DNA of 48,272 bases, from positions 1 to 48,272 of the IMG/VR virus record IMGVR_UViG_3300037484_000394. One strand, 5' to 3'. Of this stretch, positions 36,574-46,042 are shown in pieces. The notes beneath the pieces are model-generated. The model saw only the letters and a list, made by a program, of their open reading frames with translations. It did not search any database and was not told where the DNA came from. This DNA comes from a virus. Its lineage: Duplodnaviria; Caudoviricetes. Numbering within the stretch: position 1 is the first letter of the stretch; each line of letters begins with the position of its first letter. The position numbers and the translations under genes are program-made.

Positions 36574-38709
36574 ATGGCAGCATTAGAGACATACGTTTAC
36601 GACGGGGCCAAGGTCACTGACATCGGCAAGCTCATTTTTGGGAATGATGGCGGCGCGGCAGTCTCGGTGATGGACGCTTTCAAGGCGGTGCCGTGGCTGT
36701 ACCGTGCGATCCTTTTGCGCGCGGGGGCCGTGGCAGGTATGCCGTTTTCACTCATGCGCGGCAAAGAGGATGTGACTTCGAATGAGGAATACAAACGGCT
36801 GACGGGGAAGTTGAAGCGGCAACTATGGCTGACAGAGGCATGTCTGATCACCGGGGGCGCGTCATATCTCATTTTGAATACGAACCTGGTAGGAAAGGAA
36901 ATCACGCCGCGTTGGGTTTTGCCCAGCACGATTGAGCCAGTCACGGACGAGGTGAAGGGATTGACCGGGTTCATCCGAAAGGTTGGGAGCAAAGACATCC
37001 CGATCCCCTTGGATCGCATCGTTTATTTCTGGATGCCCTCGCTTGAGACGGAGGTTGGGCCGGGGACATGCGACGCGGATGTGGCGCTGAATGCGGCGGG
37101 CGTGCTGCTCAACGCCGACCGGATGATCGAGAATTATTTCAAACGCGGCGCGATCAAGATCACGTTGCTGACCGTGGAAGGCAATCCACCTAAAGAAGAA
37201 CTCGACAGGTTGGAACATTGGTGGAAGCGGATGATCAGCGGTATCAGGAAAGCCTACGAATCCATAGCGATTCGGGCGAGCATCAAGCCGGTCATCATTG
37301 GCAGCGACTTGAAGGAGACGGACGCGGGGCCGTTGACGGACAAGAAGCGGGAGGATATCGCCGTGGCTATCGGCGTTCCGCAAGCGTTGCTGTTCCAATC
37401 GTCGGCTTATGCGACGGCGCGGCACGAGGATCAATTGATCTTCATCGAGCGGACGGTGCTGCCGGAATGCGACGTGATCGCAGAGGCGCTGAACGAGCAA
37501 TTGTTCAATCGAGAGGGCCTCGTCCTTGCGTTTCATCCTGATAAGTTGGCGGTGATGCAAGCCGCGCAACTGGCAAAGAGCCAGGCGGTTTTTCAATTGA
37601 CGGGGCAGCCGATTTTGACGGTGGACGAGGGACGCGATTTGATTGGACGCGAGCCGATGGCATTGACGCAAAGCGCAACGGCGAACGCAGCACAGGAGGA
37701 ATTGAGGACGTGGCAACGGTTTGCGCTGAGGCGCTTTCGCGAGGGCAAGGCGGAAAAGGCAGCGGAGTTCAAGTGCAATTTTGTTCCTATGGGTAGAGCG
37801 GCGCAGATCGCGGAGGCATTGAAGGCGGCTCGGACGGTTGAGGAGGTGGAGCAGGTGTTTGGAGAGACCCCTGCCCTCATCCCCGACCCTTCCCCCAAGT
37901 ATGGGGGAAGGGAGGAAGAGGAGACTCATAATCTGTCTTATATGTCGAGCGTAAAATCTATTGGGTATGGATCGGATGGGCACAAAAGTTTGATGGGGCG
38001 CTTTGACCGACGGGCGAATAAGTATGAGAAGCAATTATCGCGTGTGGTGAAGGCTCTTTTCAACCAGCAGCAAGAGGCTGTATTGGCGGGGTTGCGCAAA
38101 CGGGCAACGCGCAGCGTGGGCGTGAACGACGAGCCGTTCGATGTGGATGAATGGCGCAAGGAATTTGAAAAGAGCGTGGCCCCCATTCTTGAAAACATTG
38201 TTGAGACTGTCGGGCAAAATACGCTGGACGATTATGCTATTGAGATGGCGTTCAACGTGGACGAACCGGCGGTGGCGCATTTTTTGAGCCGCAGGGCGCA
38301 ACGATTTGCAAAGCGAGTGAACGAGACGACGTGGGAAGAGTTGAAGGCGTCGCTTCGGAAAGGAATCGAGGGGGGAGAAAACATCACGCAGCTCGAGGCG
38401 CGGGTGCTGGACGTGATGGCGGGACGTATTCGTAGCACACCGGAGACGATTGTGAGGACGGAAGTGATCGGTGCTGCGAACGGCGGGACGCTGGAGGCGT
38501 GGAAGCAATCGGGCGTGGTGGCGACGAAGACGTGGATGGCAACGTTGGACAGCCGGACGCGGGATAGCCATGTAGATGCACACGGGCAGACGGTGCCCAT
38601 CGAGGCTGATTTTGTGGTGGGCGGCGCGAGGGGACCGGCGCCTGGGCAGTTGGGGGTAGCAGAGGAAGATATAAACTGCAGGTGCACCATGAAGGCGAAT
38701 TTAGAATAG
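36574..38709 (+). CDS. Portal protein fused to a MuF/SPP1 gp7-like minor head domain
   Basis: HK97-type portal motifs (NYFKRGA, IAVAIGVP); C-terminal IVRTE, KTW...D.RTRDSH...HGQ, INCRC. Confidence 0.88.
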   Translation: MAALETYVYDGAKVTDIGKLIFGNDGGAAVSVMDAFKAVPWLYRAILLRAGAVAGMPFSLMRGKEDVTSNEEYKRLTGKLKRQLWLTEACLITGGASYLILNTNLVGKEITPRWVLPSTIEPVTDEVKGLTGFIRKVGSKDIPIPLDRIVYFWMPSLETEVGPGTCDADVALNAAGVLLNADRMIENYFKRGAIKITLLTVEGNPPKEELDRLEHWWKRMISGIRKAYESIAIRASIKPVIIGSDLKETDAGPLTDKKREDIAVAIGVPQALLFQSSAYATARHEDQLIFIERTVLPECDVIAEALNEQLFNREGLVLAFHPDKLAVMQAAQLAKSQAVFQLTGQPILTVDEGRDLIGREPMALTQSATANAAQEELRTWQRFALRRFREGKAEKAAEFKCNFVPMGRAAQIAEALKAARTVEEVEQVFGETPALIPDPSPKYGGREEEETHNLSYMSSVKSIGYGSDGHKSLMGRFDRRANKYEKQLSRVVKALFNQQQEAVLAGLRKRATRSVGVNDEPFDVDEWRKEFEKSVAPILENIVETVGQNTLDDYAIEMAFNVDEPAVAHFLSRRAQRFAKRVNETTWEELKASLRKGIEGGENITQLEARVLDVMAGRIRSTPETIVRTEVIGAANGGTLEAWKQSGVVATKTWMATLDSRTRDSHVDAHGQTVPIEADFVVGGARGPAPGQLGVAEEDINCRCTMKANLE
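37921..37948. other. dif-like site inside the portal-MuF linker: GAGACTCATAA-TCTGTC-TTATATGTCGA
   Basis: Degenerate consensus following a family A hairpin. Confidence 0.55.
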
Positions 38710-38768
38710 AGATTCTTCGGGCGATGAGTACATCGCCCTCAGAATGACAGAGGAAACGGGAGGGGAAC

Positions 38769-41375
38769 ATGGCAACGTGGAAGGTGGGTGCGGCAAGGGA
38801 TTTGCCGGTTGCGGAACGGAGCGCCTGGGATGGGCCGGCGGCTGCGGCGCGCATTTTTGAGTGGGCAGGCTGGCCGGATGATCCTGATTCATCAAAAGCG
38901 CGGCGCGGGTTTTTGATTTACGATGCGGATGCGCCCGACCTGAAGGGGAGCTACAAGTTGCCGTTCGCGGACGTGGTGGACGGCAAGCTCTCGATGATTG
39001 ACGCAGGATTACGCGCGTGCGCTTCACGGTTGCCACAAACGAAAGCGCCGCAGGACGTGCTCGACCGGGCGCGTAAGGTGATTGACGGGTACCAGAAGAC
39101 GATGGAAAAGCAGGGCAAGTCGCTGGGCCTGGACGCCCTCAAGGCGTGGGTGAATCATTTGCGGCAAGCGGGGGAACGGGAAACGAAGGCGATCACGGAT
39201 GCACCGGGATATCGTGCACGGTGGCCACGCAATTGCACCGGGTGCAATTTTTACCAGGCTATTGAGGGCAGCGACGATGGCATGTGCACTCAGTTCGAGT
39301 TCGAGACGGACTGTGAGCACGTGTGCGACGCATGGGCGGAAAGACAGCCTGCGCCAGACATGGCCGGAGCGGTGCCGGTTGTCATCGTGGGCGACGTGAG
39401 CGCGGAGGCCCAGGCGAAATCGTTGAAAGAATGGCGTGACAGCGATGATGCCGTGGTGGCGTTCGGCGGGGAGATCAAGTCGTTGGACGCGAATGGGCGC
39501 GTGGGGGGATACGGCGTGCTGTTTGGGGACGAGGAGCACAAGGACTTGACCGGCACATGGTTCACGGCTGAAACGGACTATGGCCCCCACAATGGCGACG
39601 GTGCACAGACGACGATGAATCATTGTCTGCCCCTCGGGCCCGAGTTGAAGGCGTTTGCGGAGCATCTATTGGCACCGGTCAAAGCGACGAAGGATCAGAT
39701 CGGTATTTTTGTCGAGACGGTGCTGAACCTGTCCGATGAGTATGAGAAGCTTCTTTACGAGTTGACACGGGCGGGAAAATTCAAGTGGTCATCGGGAACG
39801 GCCCAGCGGTTGATTCGGGCTGAGAAGAGCGGCAAGTTGACAAACTGGCCCATCATCGAATGGGCGTTGACGCCGATTCCGGCCGAGCCGCGCCTGGGCG
39901 CGGTGACGCCGTTGAAATCTTTGGCGGATGCTATACCTGAGCACACAGGACAGTCGGAGGCGCAGGCAGAGGCGGCCCCTGCGGGGACCGCGTCCGGCGC
40001 GACTGATTCTGAGGCAACGGGACAGTCTGCCAATCACTTAGCAGAGACGGGCTTGCCCGTCACTATAGTCGAAACACATGAGGAGGGCACAATGCCAGAT
40101 ACAGTGGATGTGAAGGCCATTGCAAAGCAGGCAGCGGATGAGGCTGTGGCGGCGGTGATGGCGAAATTGCAGGGATCTCCGGCGCAGGACGGCGCGGGGT
40201 TCGTGACGGAACCTACGAAGGGCTCCGATAAGGACGCGATCAAGGCAGCGCGCATGTTGCGGTTCGGGAACCTGGACGAGAACCAGAATACGGTGATGCA
40301 CGAACTGTTCGGCACTGATTACCGTGAACTGATTGAGCAGCAAACGCGAGCGTTCAAGACCTACATCCGCAAGGGCGAGCGCGGGATAGATCAGGATGCG
40401 GCTGCGATGCTGCGCCGGCAATTGTGGACTATTGACGATGTGGTCGGGCTGCTCAAGAGCGGCATGACGGTGTCCGAGATCAAGGCGACGATGGTCGAGG
40501 GCATTGACGTGCTGGGCGGATATGCGGTTCCGCCACAGACAAGCGCCAACATCATCCAGAGACTCAAGGGACTGACGGCAATGCGCGATGGCGGTGCGCT
40601 GGTGGTGCAAACCACGAGCAATATGCTGCAATGGTTGAAGTTGACCGGCGGCGGATCGCAGTACCCGACCGGAATGCGCGGGGCGTGGGGCACTGAAATC
40701 CAGACGCCGTCCCCGAAGAATTTCACCATCGGCTTGCTTGAAATTCCGGTGAACGTGTACACCTACAAGGTGCCGATGAGCGTTTCCGTGGTGGAGGACG
40801 CGAGCAACCTGGTGACGATCCTGGAACAGCAGATCGCGGACACGCTGGCGATTGACGAGGACACGGCGTTTCTGACGGGAGACGGCGCCAACAAGCCGCG
40901 TGGAATTCTGCCGGGCACTCTCAATAGCGATAGCTATGATCACGCGCCGAGCTTGAGCGCGGGCGCATTGACATGGTCTGGCCTGAATGGACTGGCCAGG
41001 GCGGTGAAGAGCCAATATCGCGCGAACGGACGTGCGAGCCTGATCGGTAACAGCGCTACCGGGGCTGCTATCGAGGACTTGGTGGACGGCATGAGCAGGC
41101 CGTACATCGAATCCTTGGTCAGCGGTGTGACCAAGGTCAAGAACGCGACCTGGCGCGAGTCCGAGTGTATGCCGGACGTGAGCGCGGGCCTGGTGCCGCT
41201 GATCTATGCTGACCTGAGCGGATATGCGATCGTTGAGCGGCTGGGTTTGAGCATTCAGCGCTACAACGACTCGTACACGGGGATCAACGTGGTGGAGTTC
41301 CATGTGCGCAAGCGCGTGGGCGGGCATGTGATCGAGCCGTGGAAGATCGCGGTGCAGGTGGTTGAGGCGAGCTAA
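38769..41375 (+). CDS. Prohead protease-major capsid polyprotein with extra N-terminal domains
   Basis: GYGVLFG..DL, WSSG, EWALTPIPAEP (HK97-type protease); GGYAVP, FLTGDGANKPRGI, RVGG (capsid). Confidence 0.9.
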   Translation: MATWKVGAARDLPVAERSAWDGPAAAARIFEWAGWPDDPDSSKARRGFLIYDADAPDLKGSYKLPFADVVDGKLSMIDAGLRACASRLPQTKAPQDVLDRARKVIDGYQKTMEKQGKSLGLDALKAWVNHLRQAGERETKAITDAPGYRARWPRNCTGCNFYQAIEGSDDGMCTQFEFETDCEHVCDAWAERQPAPDMAGAVPVVIVGDVSAEAQAKSLKEWRDSDDAVVAFGGEIKSLDANGRVGGYGVLFGDEEHKDLTGTWFTAETDYGPHNGDGAQTTMNHCLPLGPELKAFAEHLLAPVKATKDQIGIFVETVLNLSDEYEKLLYELTRAGKFKWSSGTAQRLIRAEKSGKLTNWPIIEWALTPIPAEPRLGAVTPLKSLADAIPEHTGQSEAQAEAAPAGTASGATDSEATGQSANHLAETGLPVTIVETHEEGTMPDTVDVKAIAKQAADEAVAAVMAKLQGSPAQDGAGFVTEPTKGSDKDAIKAARMLRFGNLDENQNTVMHELFGTDYRELIEQQTRAFKTYIRKGERGIDQDAAAMLRRQLWTIDDVVGLLKSGMTVSEIKATMVEGIDVLGGYAVPPQTSANIIQRLKGLTAMRDGGALVVQTTSNMLQWLKLTGGGSQYPTGMRGAWGTEIQTPSPKNFTIGLLEIPVNVYTYKVPMSVSVVEDASNLVTILEQQIADTLAIDEDTAFLTGDGANKPRGILPGTLNSDSYDHAPSLSAGALTWSGLNGLARAVKSQYRANGRASLIGNSATGAAIEDLVDGMSRPYIESLVSGVTKVKNATWRESECMPDVSAGLVPLIYADLSGYAIVERLGLSIQRYNDSYTGINVVEFHVRKRVGGHVIEPWKIAVQVVEAS

Positions 41376-41480
41376 TACCCCACCCCCCTGGCCCCCTCCC
41401 CTAGCGAGTACGTAGGAGAGGGGGGAGGCTAAAGACAAGTTACGCTGGGCTGAAATGGTCCAGCGCATGGGAGGAATACG

Positions 41481-41954
41481 ATGGCTGGTGAGATTCTCTC
41501 GAATAAGCTGAAGTATTTGTACTCTTCGGCGATTGGGACGGCGATGAGCGGTGTGTCTGCATATCCGGCCTCTGGCTCTTATGTGGACGTATCGCCCTAC
41601 GTGCGGGTTCATGTGATCGCCACGTTCGGGGTGATCCACAATAGCGATAGCCCGGTGGTGACGGTCAAGTGCGCGGAGGCGGTGGATGGGACGGCGGACG
41701 TGCTGGATGCGGCTCTGGCATACACGCCCGCTCCGGCATCCGACGATGGGTTGGCTGCGATGTGGACGTTCGAGGTTGCTTCGCTGCCGACCGATCACCA
41801 TTTCCTGCTTGTGGCAGCGAGCGGGACTCTTACGAACGGCACGTATATTCACGTGCAGATGTTCGGAGAGGTGAAGGATCAGCCCCCGACGCAGGATACG
41901 GCGGTGGTTGACTTTGAGTACAACTATGCGGGCGGCCAGGCGGATAATAGCTAG
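41481..41954 (+). CDS. Head-associated structural protein (possible decoration protein)
   Basis: Follows the capsid gene; GGAGG RBS; beta-rich. Confidence 0.6.
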   Translation: MAGEILSNKLKYLYSSAIGTAMSGVSAYPASGSYVDVSPYVRVHVIATFGVIHNSDSPVVTVKCAEAVDGTADVLDAALAYTPAPASDDGLAAMWTFEVASLPTDHHFLLVAASGTLTNGTYIHVQMFGEVKDQPPTQDTAVVDFEYNYAGGQADNS

Positions 41955-42015
41955 TGGCCCCCACCCCCATCCCTGCCCCTCCCCCGATGAGTACATCGGG
42001 AGAGGGGAGAAGGAT

Positions 42016-42043
42016 GGGACACATAATCGGCGTTATAGGACAG
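42016..42043 (-). other. dif-like site (minus strand CTGTCCTATAA-CGCCGA-TTATGTGTCCC)
   Basis: Matches the consensus. Confidence 0.75.
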
Positions 42044-42102
42044 TCGGGGCGAGGGTGCTGTGTACAGCGGAGAGCCTCGCCCCTACGACAGAGGAGGATG
42101 AA

Positions 42103-43422
42103 ATGACGGACAAACAAAAGCAATGGTTGGTGTGGGGCATCCTGGTGGTGATGATCGCCGTGGCGGGATTCTTGGGGATCGAGTTCCCTGTCCCGGTTCC
42201 AGCACCACCGGTGGCTGTGGCGCCACAAGCGTTTACCTATCCGCCCGGGGCGATCTATTTCGCCGAGGGTGGAAAGAGCCAGGTGTTTCAATCTGGCTCG
42301 AGCGCGACGTATAACAGCGGAGCGCAGCTGACAGCGAGCAGCGGGAGCACGGTGACGCTGAATGGCGCAACAGCAATGGCCTCGGACAAGTTCACCGTTA
42401 ACGGAACGACTGGGCAAGTTGTTATGACGCCCATCTCTGATACGGACACGGCCAACTATGATAGCCTGTTCCTGATCGAGCACGACATGGTCGGAGGAGG
42501 GACGAAGGACCGCATCTATGGCCTGGACGTGGAGATGACGAGACCTGCCGGGTATGCCACAACAGTCGGAGACCAGGACAATGCGGGCATCAAGGTCCGA
42601 ATGGTAAACAAGGCCGTTGGTAACGCCACTGGTAATACTCTACGCGGGATTGACGTGAATGTGAAAAACGACAATCCCGATTCTACGATCACAAACCTGA
42701 GTGGCGCAACCTTTACGGCACAGACGGATACTGGTTCACCTCCGGCGGGCAATGTCTCGACGGCCTATGCGGTACAGGGGCAGATTACTGGTAATGGGCC
42801 AATCACGGACAGCTTGATCGTCGCGGATTTTCGCAATTTCAGACAGACGGCAACTGTTCCGGCAATCGAATACGGCGTCCAAATCCGAAATGGCAACACG
42901 ACTGGCACCGGCATTGATCGCGGCCTGTCGTTCAAATCTGAGGCAGCTACCGTTGGCAACTTTGATTACATCATTCACATGGACGACGCGGCTGCAACGG
43001 TCGCTGACATCAAATTGTCGAATAGCAATGTCATCGCCGCTACGGAGGGGAAGGTCGTCTACAACGCGACGCACAGTGTTACGGCTGCCGAAATAAACTC
43101 CGGGCATACGCTCGTTACGGTTCCGGCGGGTCTCAAGTTTGCCCTAGTTGATGCAAAGGCAACAGCCTACGGTGCAACGTGTACGACCTCGACGAGCGTG
43201 TACTTGAAAGCGGGCAGTGTGACGTTGGTGACATACACCGTCGCAAATCTGGTGCAAAATACATTATTGGAGCTGACTACGACAGGAGTTGCGGTGGTTG
43301 CTGACGGAGCATCATTTACAACGCAGACGGCGGGTGATGATGTAACGGCCATTTCGGACGCGGCGACTACAGCCGGCTGCACCGGCGTCAAGGTCGTTCT
43401 GTCTTACACACTGGAAGAATAA
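42103..43422 (+). CDS. Beta-rich fibre-like protein with N-terminal TM/signal segment
   Basis: GAGGAGG RBS; WLVWGILVVMIAVAGFLG TM; Thr/Gly-rich. Confidence 0.7.
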   Translation: MTDKQKQWLVWGILVVMIAVAGFLGIEFPVPVPAPPVAVAPQAFTYPPGAIYFAEGGKSQVFQSGSSATYNSGAQLTASSGSTVTLNGATAMASDKFTVNGTTGQVVMTPISDTDTANYDSLFLIEHDMVGGGTKDRIYGLDVEMTRPAGYATTVGDQDNAGIKVRMVNKAVGNATGNTLRGIDVNVKNDNPDSTITNLSGATFTAQTDTGSPPAGNVSTAYAVQGQITGNGPITDSLIVADFRNFRQTATVPAIEYGVQIRNGNTTGTGIDRGLSFKSEAATVGNFDYIIHMDDAAATVADIKLSNSNVIAATEGKVVYNATHSVTAAEINSGHTLVTVPAGLKFALVDAKATAYGATCTTSTSVYLKAGSVTLVTYTVANLVQNTLLELTTTGVAVVADGASFTTQTAGDDVTAISDAATTAGCTGVKVVLSYTLEE

Positions 43423-43507
43423 GCCGGAGCCAGTTGAAGTAAGGGGGCGAGGACGCTGATAGGGCGAGGCAAGCCTCGCCCCTACATGATTCGGGGACGG
43501 AGTGACA

Positions 43508-44338
43508 ATGGCGATCACGAACGGGTACTGCACGCTTGAGGAGATCCGCGCCCGGTTGACAATCGGGAAACAACGAGTTGCGACGACGATCTCATTCACG
43601 GCGGCGACCAAGACGATCGCGGATAGCGCGCTAGGATTGGCGATTTTCCCAACCGGGGCACGGATCCGCGTGCAGGGCACTCTGTTGAATGAGGGCTATT
43701 TCACGGTTGCAACCGGCGGAGTGGCCGGGACGTTGGTCACGACTGAGGCATTGACCGGCGAGGCGGCAGGACGCAGCGTGACGATCACCGACGTGACGGA
43801 CGTTGCGGATGATCTGGCGCTGGAGCAGGTGGTGACGGGGATCAGTCGCGCTATCGAGGAGGAGACGCACCGGCGCTTTTACACGACGGCGAGCGATGAG
43901 GCGCGGTATTATTCGCCGGATGATTCGTATACGCTGATGCCCGAGGATGACGTCATTAGCGTGACGAAGATCGAGATCGACCAAGACGGCGACCGCGCCT
44001 ATGAGATCGAGTTGGCGGCCACGGATTGGGAGTTGTGGCCCTACAATGCGGCGCTGAATGGGAAACCATACCTGGAGATTCGGATCGCAACTCCAAATGC
44101 GGAATACGTGTGGCCGATATTGCCCAAGTCCGTGAAGGTGACGGGTAAGTTCGGGTACTCGGCCAGCACGCCGGCAGCGATCCGCGAGGCGTGTTTGCTT
44201 TCGGCCGAGAAGTTGTTCAAGCGTAAGGACGCTATCTTTGGTGTGGTCGGCTCGCCGGAAATGGGAGTGCTTAAGCAGATGATGCGGGACGACCCGGAAC
44301 TCAAATTGTTGATGGTGGGATTTACGCGGTTGGTGTGA
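43508..44338 (+). CDS. Head-tail connector protein
   Basis: YCTLEEIRARL, SRAIEE.T.RRF, VKVTGKFGY...PAAIREACL. Confidence 0.8.
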   Translation: MAITNGYCTLEEIRARLTIGKQRVATTISFTAATKTIADSALGLAIFPTGARIRVQGTLLNEGYFTVATGGVAGTLVTTEALTGEAAGRSVTITDVTDVADDLALEQVVTGISRAIEEETHRRFYTTASDEARYYSPDDSYTLMPEDDVISVTKIEIDQDGDRAYEIELAATDWELWPYNAALNGKPYLEIRIATPNAEYVWPILPKSVKVTGKFGYSASTPAAIREACLLSAEKLFKRKDAIFGVVGSPEMGVLKQMMRDDPELKLLMVGFTRLV

Positions 44339-44350
44339 TAACGCACTACG

Positions 44351-44375
44351 AAAAAGCCGCGCTTGTGGGCGCGGC
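44351..44375 (-). terminator. Terminator for the minus-strand cassette
   Basis: GCCGCGC/GCGCGGC stem with T5 on the minus strand. Confidence 0.6.
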
Positions 44376-44399
44376 GGTGAACCTTACAAACTGAATCAG

Positions 44400-44759
44400 C
44401 TACGAATCTTTGTAGTCGTCTGCGAGTTCGTCGGACTCGGCTTGCTCAAGTTGTGACTTGAGCGCGGCAGTCCGGTCGAGCGCAGCAGCCACACCCGACA
44501 AAATTTGCTCAAGCGCTTCATAGTCGCTTTGATCGAGCGACTTGAGCAGGCGGCGTATGCGCTTCGCGGTTGCTGTCATCGCGCCGGATGTGTCTTGCTC
44601 GATCATCAGTGTGATAACTTCCGCGCTGGCGAGTTGGTGCAACAGGTCGGCCACGCCGCGAAGTCCCATGCCGTCAGCGATGTCTTTCAGCGTCTTGATC
44701 TCGGCGGGATAAAGACGCGCAGAGAATGTCGGCGCATCGGACGATGAGAACTTGGACAT
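44400..44759 (-). CDS. Hypothetical protein, possible ribbon-helix-helix N-terminus
   Basis: GAGGT RBS; TFSARLYPAEIKTLKDIA. Confidence 0.6.
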   Translation of the reverse strand: MSKFSSSDAPTFSARLYPAEIKTLKDIADGMGLRGVADLLHQLASAEVITLMIEQDTSGAMTATAKRIRRLLKSLDQSDYEALEQILSGVAAALDRTAALKSQLEQAESDELADDYKDS

Positions 44760-44829
44760 TGTTTACCTCATAAGAAATCTCGGTCAGCGGAGGATTCTCC
44801 AGCTTGACCGATGGCGGGTTGGTACGATT

Positions 44830-45000
44830 TTAGTTGGCGTCTTTGTCGTTTGGATCGCGCACTATCAGTGTGCCCGGAAAGTCCGGGTATCCGCACTGAT
44901 TGCATGATGCGTTGTCCCAAAAATCTGTTTCGCGCACAGACGGCGGCGACGAAACGGTGATGTCATCACTACCACAGTTCGGACAAACGTGCTTGCTCAT
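44830..45000 (-). CDS. Small zinc-ribbon protein (56 aa)
   Basis: MSKHVCPNCGS...CNQCGY; GGGGTG RBS. Confidence 0.6.
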   Translation of the reverse strand: MSKHVCPNCGSDDITVSSPPSVRETDFWDNASCNQCGYPDFPGTLIVRDPNDKDAN

Positions 45001-45058
45001 GATTCACCCCTTTTTCGATGTTTGGGGGCAGGTGGCTGTCCCCGCCCTGGCGGAGCGG

Positions 45059-45259
45059 TTATGCGGTCAAGTTTTCAACGATGATGCGCTCGGCGGTAGC
45101 AGCGGTCTTGCACTCGACCTCTTCGCGGTTATCGCAGACGGTGAAAGTCCCGTCAGAGTTTTTGTACAGAACCGTTGTATCTGCGATTGGCTCAGGATTC
45201 CCTACCGTCACAACCTTGATTGCATCTTGCGCTAACTTGGTGGCCTTGCTCTTCGTCAT
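45059..45259 (-). CDS. Hypothetical protein (MTKSKATKLAQ...)
   Basis: AAAGGA RBS downstream of the promoter. Confidence 0.6.
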   Translation of the reverse strand: MTKSKATKLAQDAIKVVTVGNPEPIADTTVLYKNSDGTFTVCDNREEVECKTAATAERIIVENLTA

Positions 45260-45292
45260 TTTTCGTTTCCTTTCTTTTTCTTTGATGACATC

Positions 45293-45321
45293 AGTATAGC
45301 ACAATGTATATACATTGTCAA
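45293..45321 (-). promoter_or_regulatory. Promoter TTGACA-17-TATACT overlapping an 18-bp palindrome ACAATGTATATACATTGT
   Basis: Seen directly; the core TGTATATACA is repeated at 45351. Confidence 0.8.
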
Positions 45322-45408
45322 GAGACTAGCCTGACATTTACATGACTTATTGTATATACATAACAAAAAATCGTAGCTGATTCAGGTGCAAAATAACAAG
45401 GATTACTG

Positions 45409-45939
45409 ATGTTGAGTTATAGATTCGAGGGGCTGAAGGAGTTGATCAAGGCGACCGATCCGGTGTTGCTGGTCGAGCCACTGCGCAAGTTTTTCAAATC
45501 TGCGACGGTGGTGGTGCAGGGCGAGGCGCGGCATTATGCACCCTCGGATACGGGGCATCTACGGAACATGATTGTGACCGAGGTTGACGCTGGGCGGCCG
45601 CCGATCTGGGGCAAAGGGGGTGTGCTGAAGGCGCAGGAAGGAACGCCACTCTGGTTCAAGGCGCGTGCGATGGAGTACGGCACGGGCAGTCAGGGGGATC
45701 CGGAGGTGAGCCACAAGGCAGGGCACTGGCCGCCTGGCGAGGCGCTGGCTGTGTGGGGCAAGCGACACGGCGGGATCAGCGGGTACGCGGTGGCGGCGGC
45801 CATCGGGAAGCGCGGTGGGTTGAAGGGACGCAAGTATTTGCGGATTGGGTTCGCGCTGAGCCTGGATAGGATCAAGAATTTGCTGCGCCAGGTGCCGGTG
45901 GACGTGGTGAAGGAATGGGCAAGGCGGGTGAGGGGATAG
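45409..45939 (+). CDS. HK97 gp10-like tail/neck protein
   Basis: APSDTGHLRN, ARAMEYGT, GRKYLR motifs. Confidence 0.8.
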   Translation: MLSYRFEGLKELIKATDPVLLVEPLRKFFKSATVVVQGEARHYAPSDTGHLRNMIVTEVDAGRPPIWGKGGVLKAQEGTPLWFKARAMEYGTGSQGDPEVSHKAGHWPPGEALAVWGKRHGGISGYAVAAAIGKRGGLKGRKYLRIGFALSLDRIKNLLRQVPVDVVKEWARRVRG

Positions 45940-46042
45940 GACCCCACCCCCGGCCCCTCCCATGATGGGTACATCAGGAGAGGGGAGATGAGACCAACCT
46001 TCATCCCCGGGCCTTCTCCCAAGGATGGGGGAAGGGAGGAAG

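Larger units (their letters stand above)
44391..45385. mobile_element. About 1-kb cassette bounded by a perfect 15-bp inverted repeat CTGAATCAGCTACGA
   Basis: 44391-44405 is the reverse complement of 45371-45385. Confidence 0.6.

Noticed and set aside
40038-41996. Long minus-strand ORFs (e.g. 652 aa here, 36862-38034, 25071-26117, 14862-15809, 12517-13647)
   Set aside because: Shadow frames opposite well-supported genes in GC-rich DNA, with no recognisable motifs.
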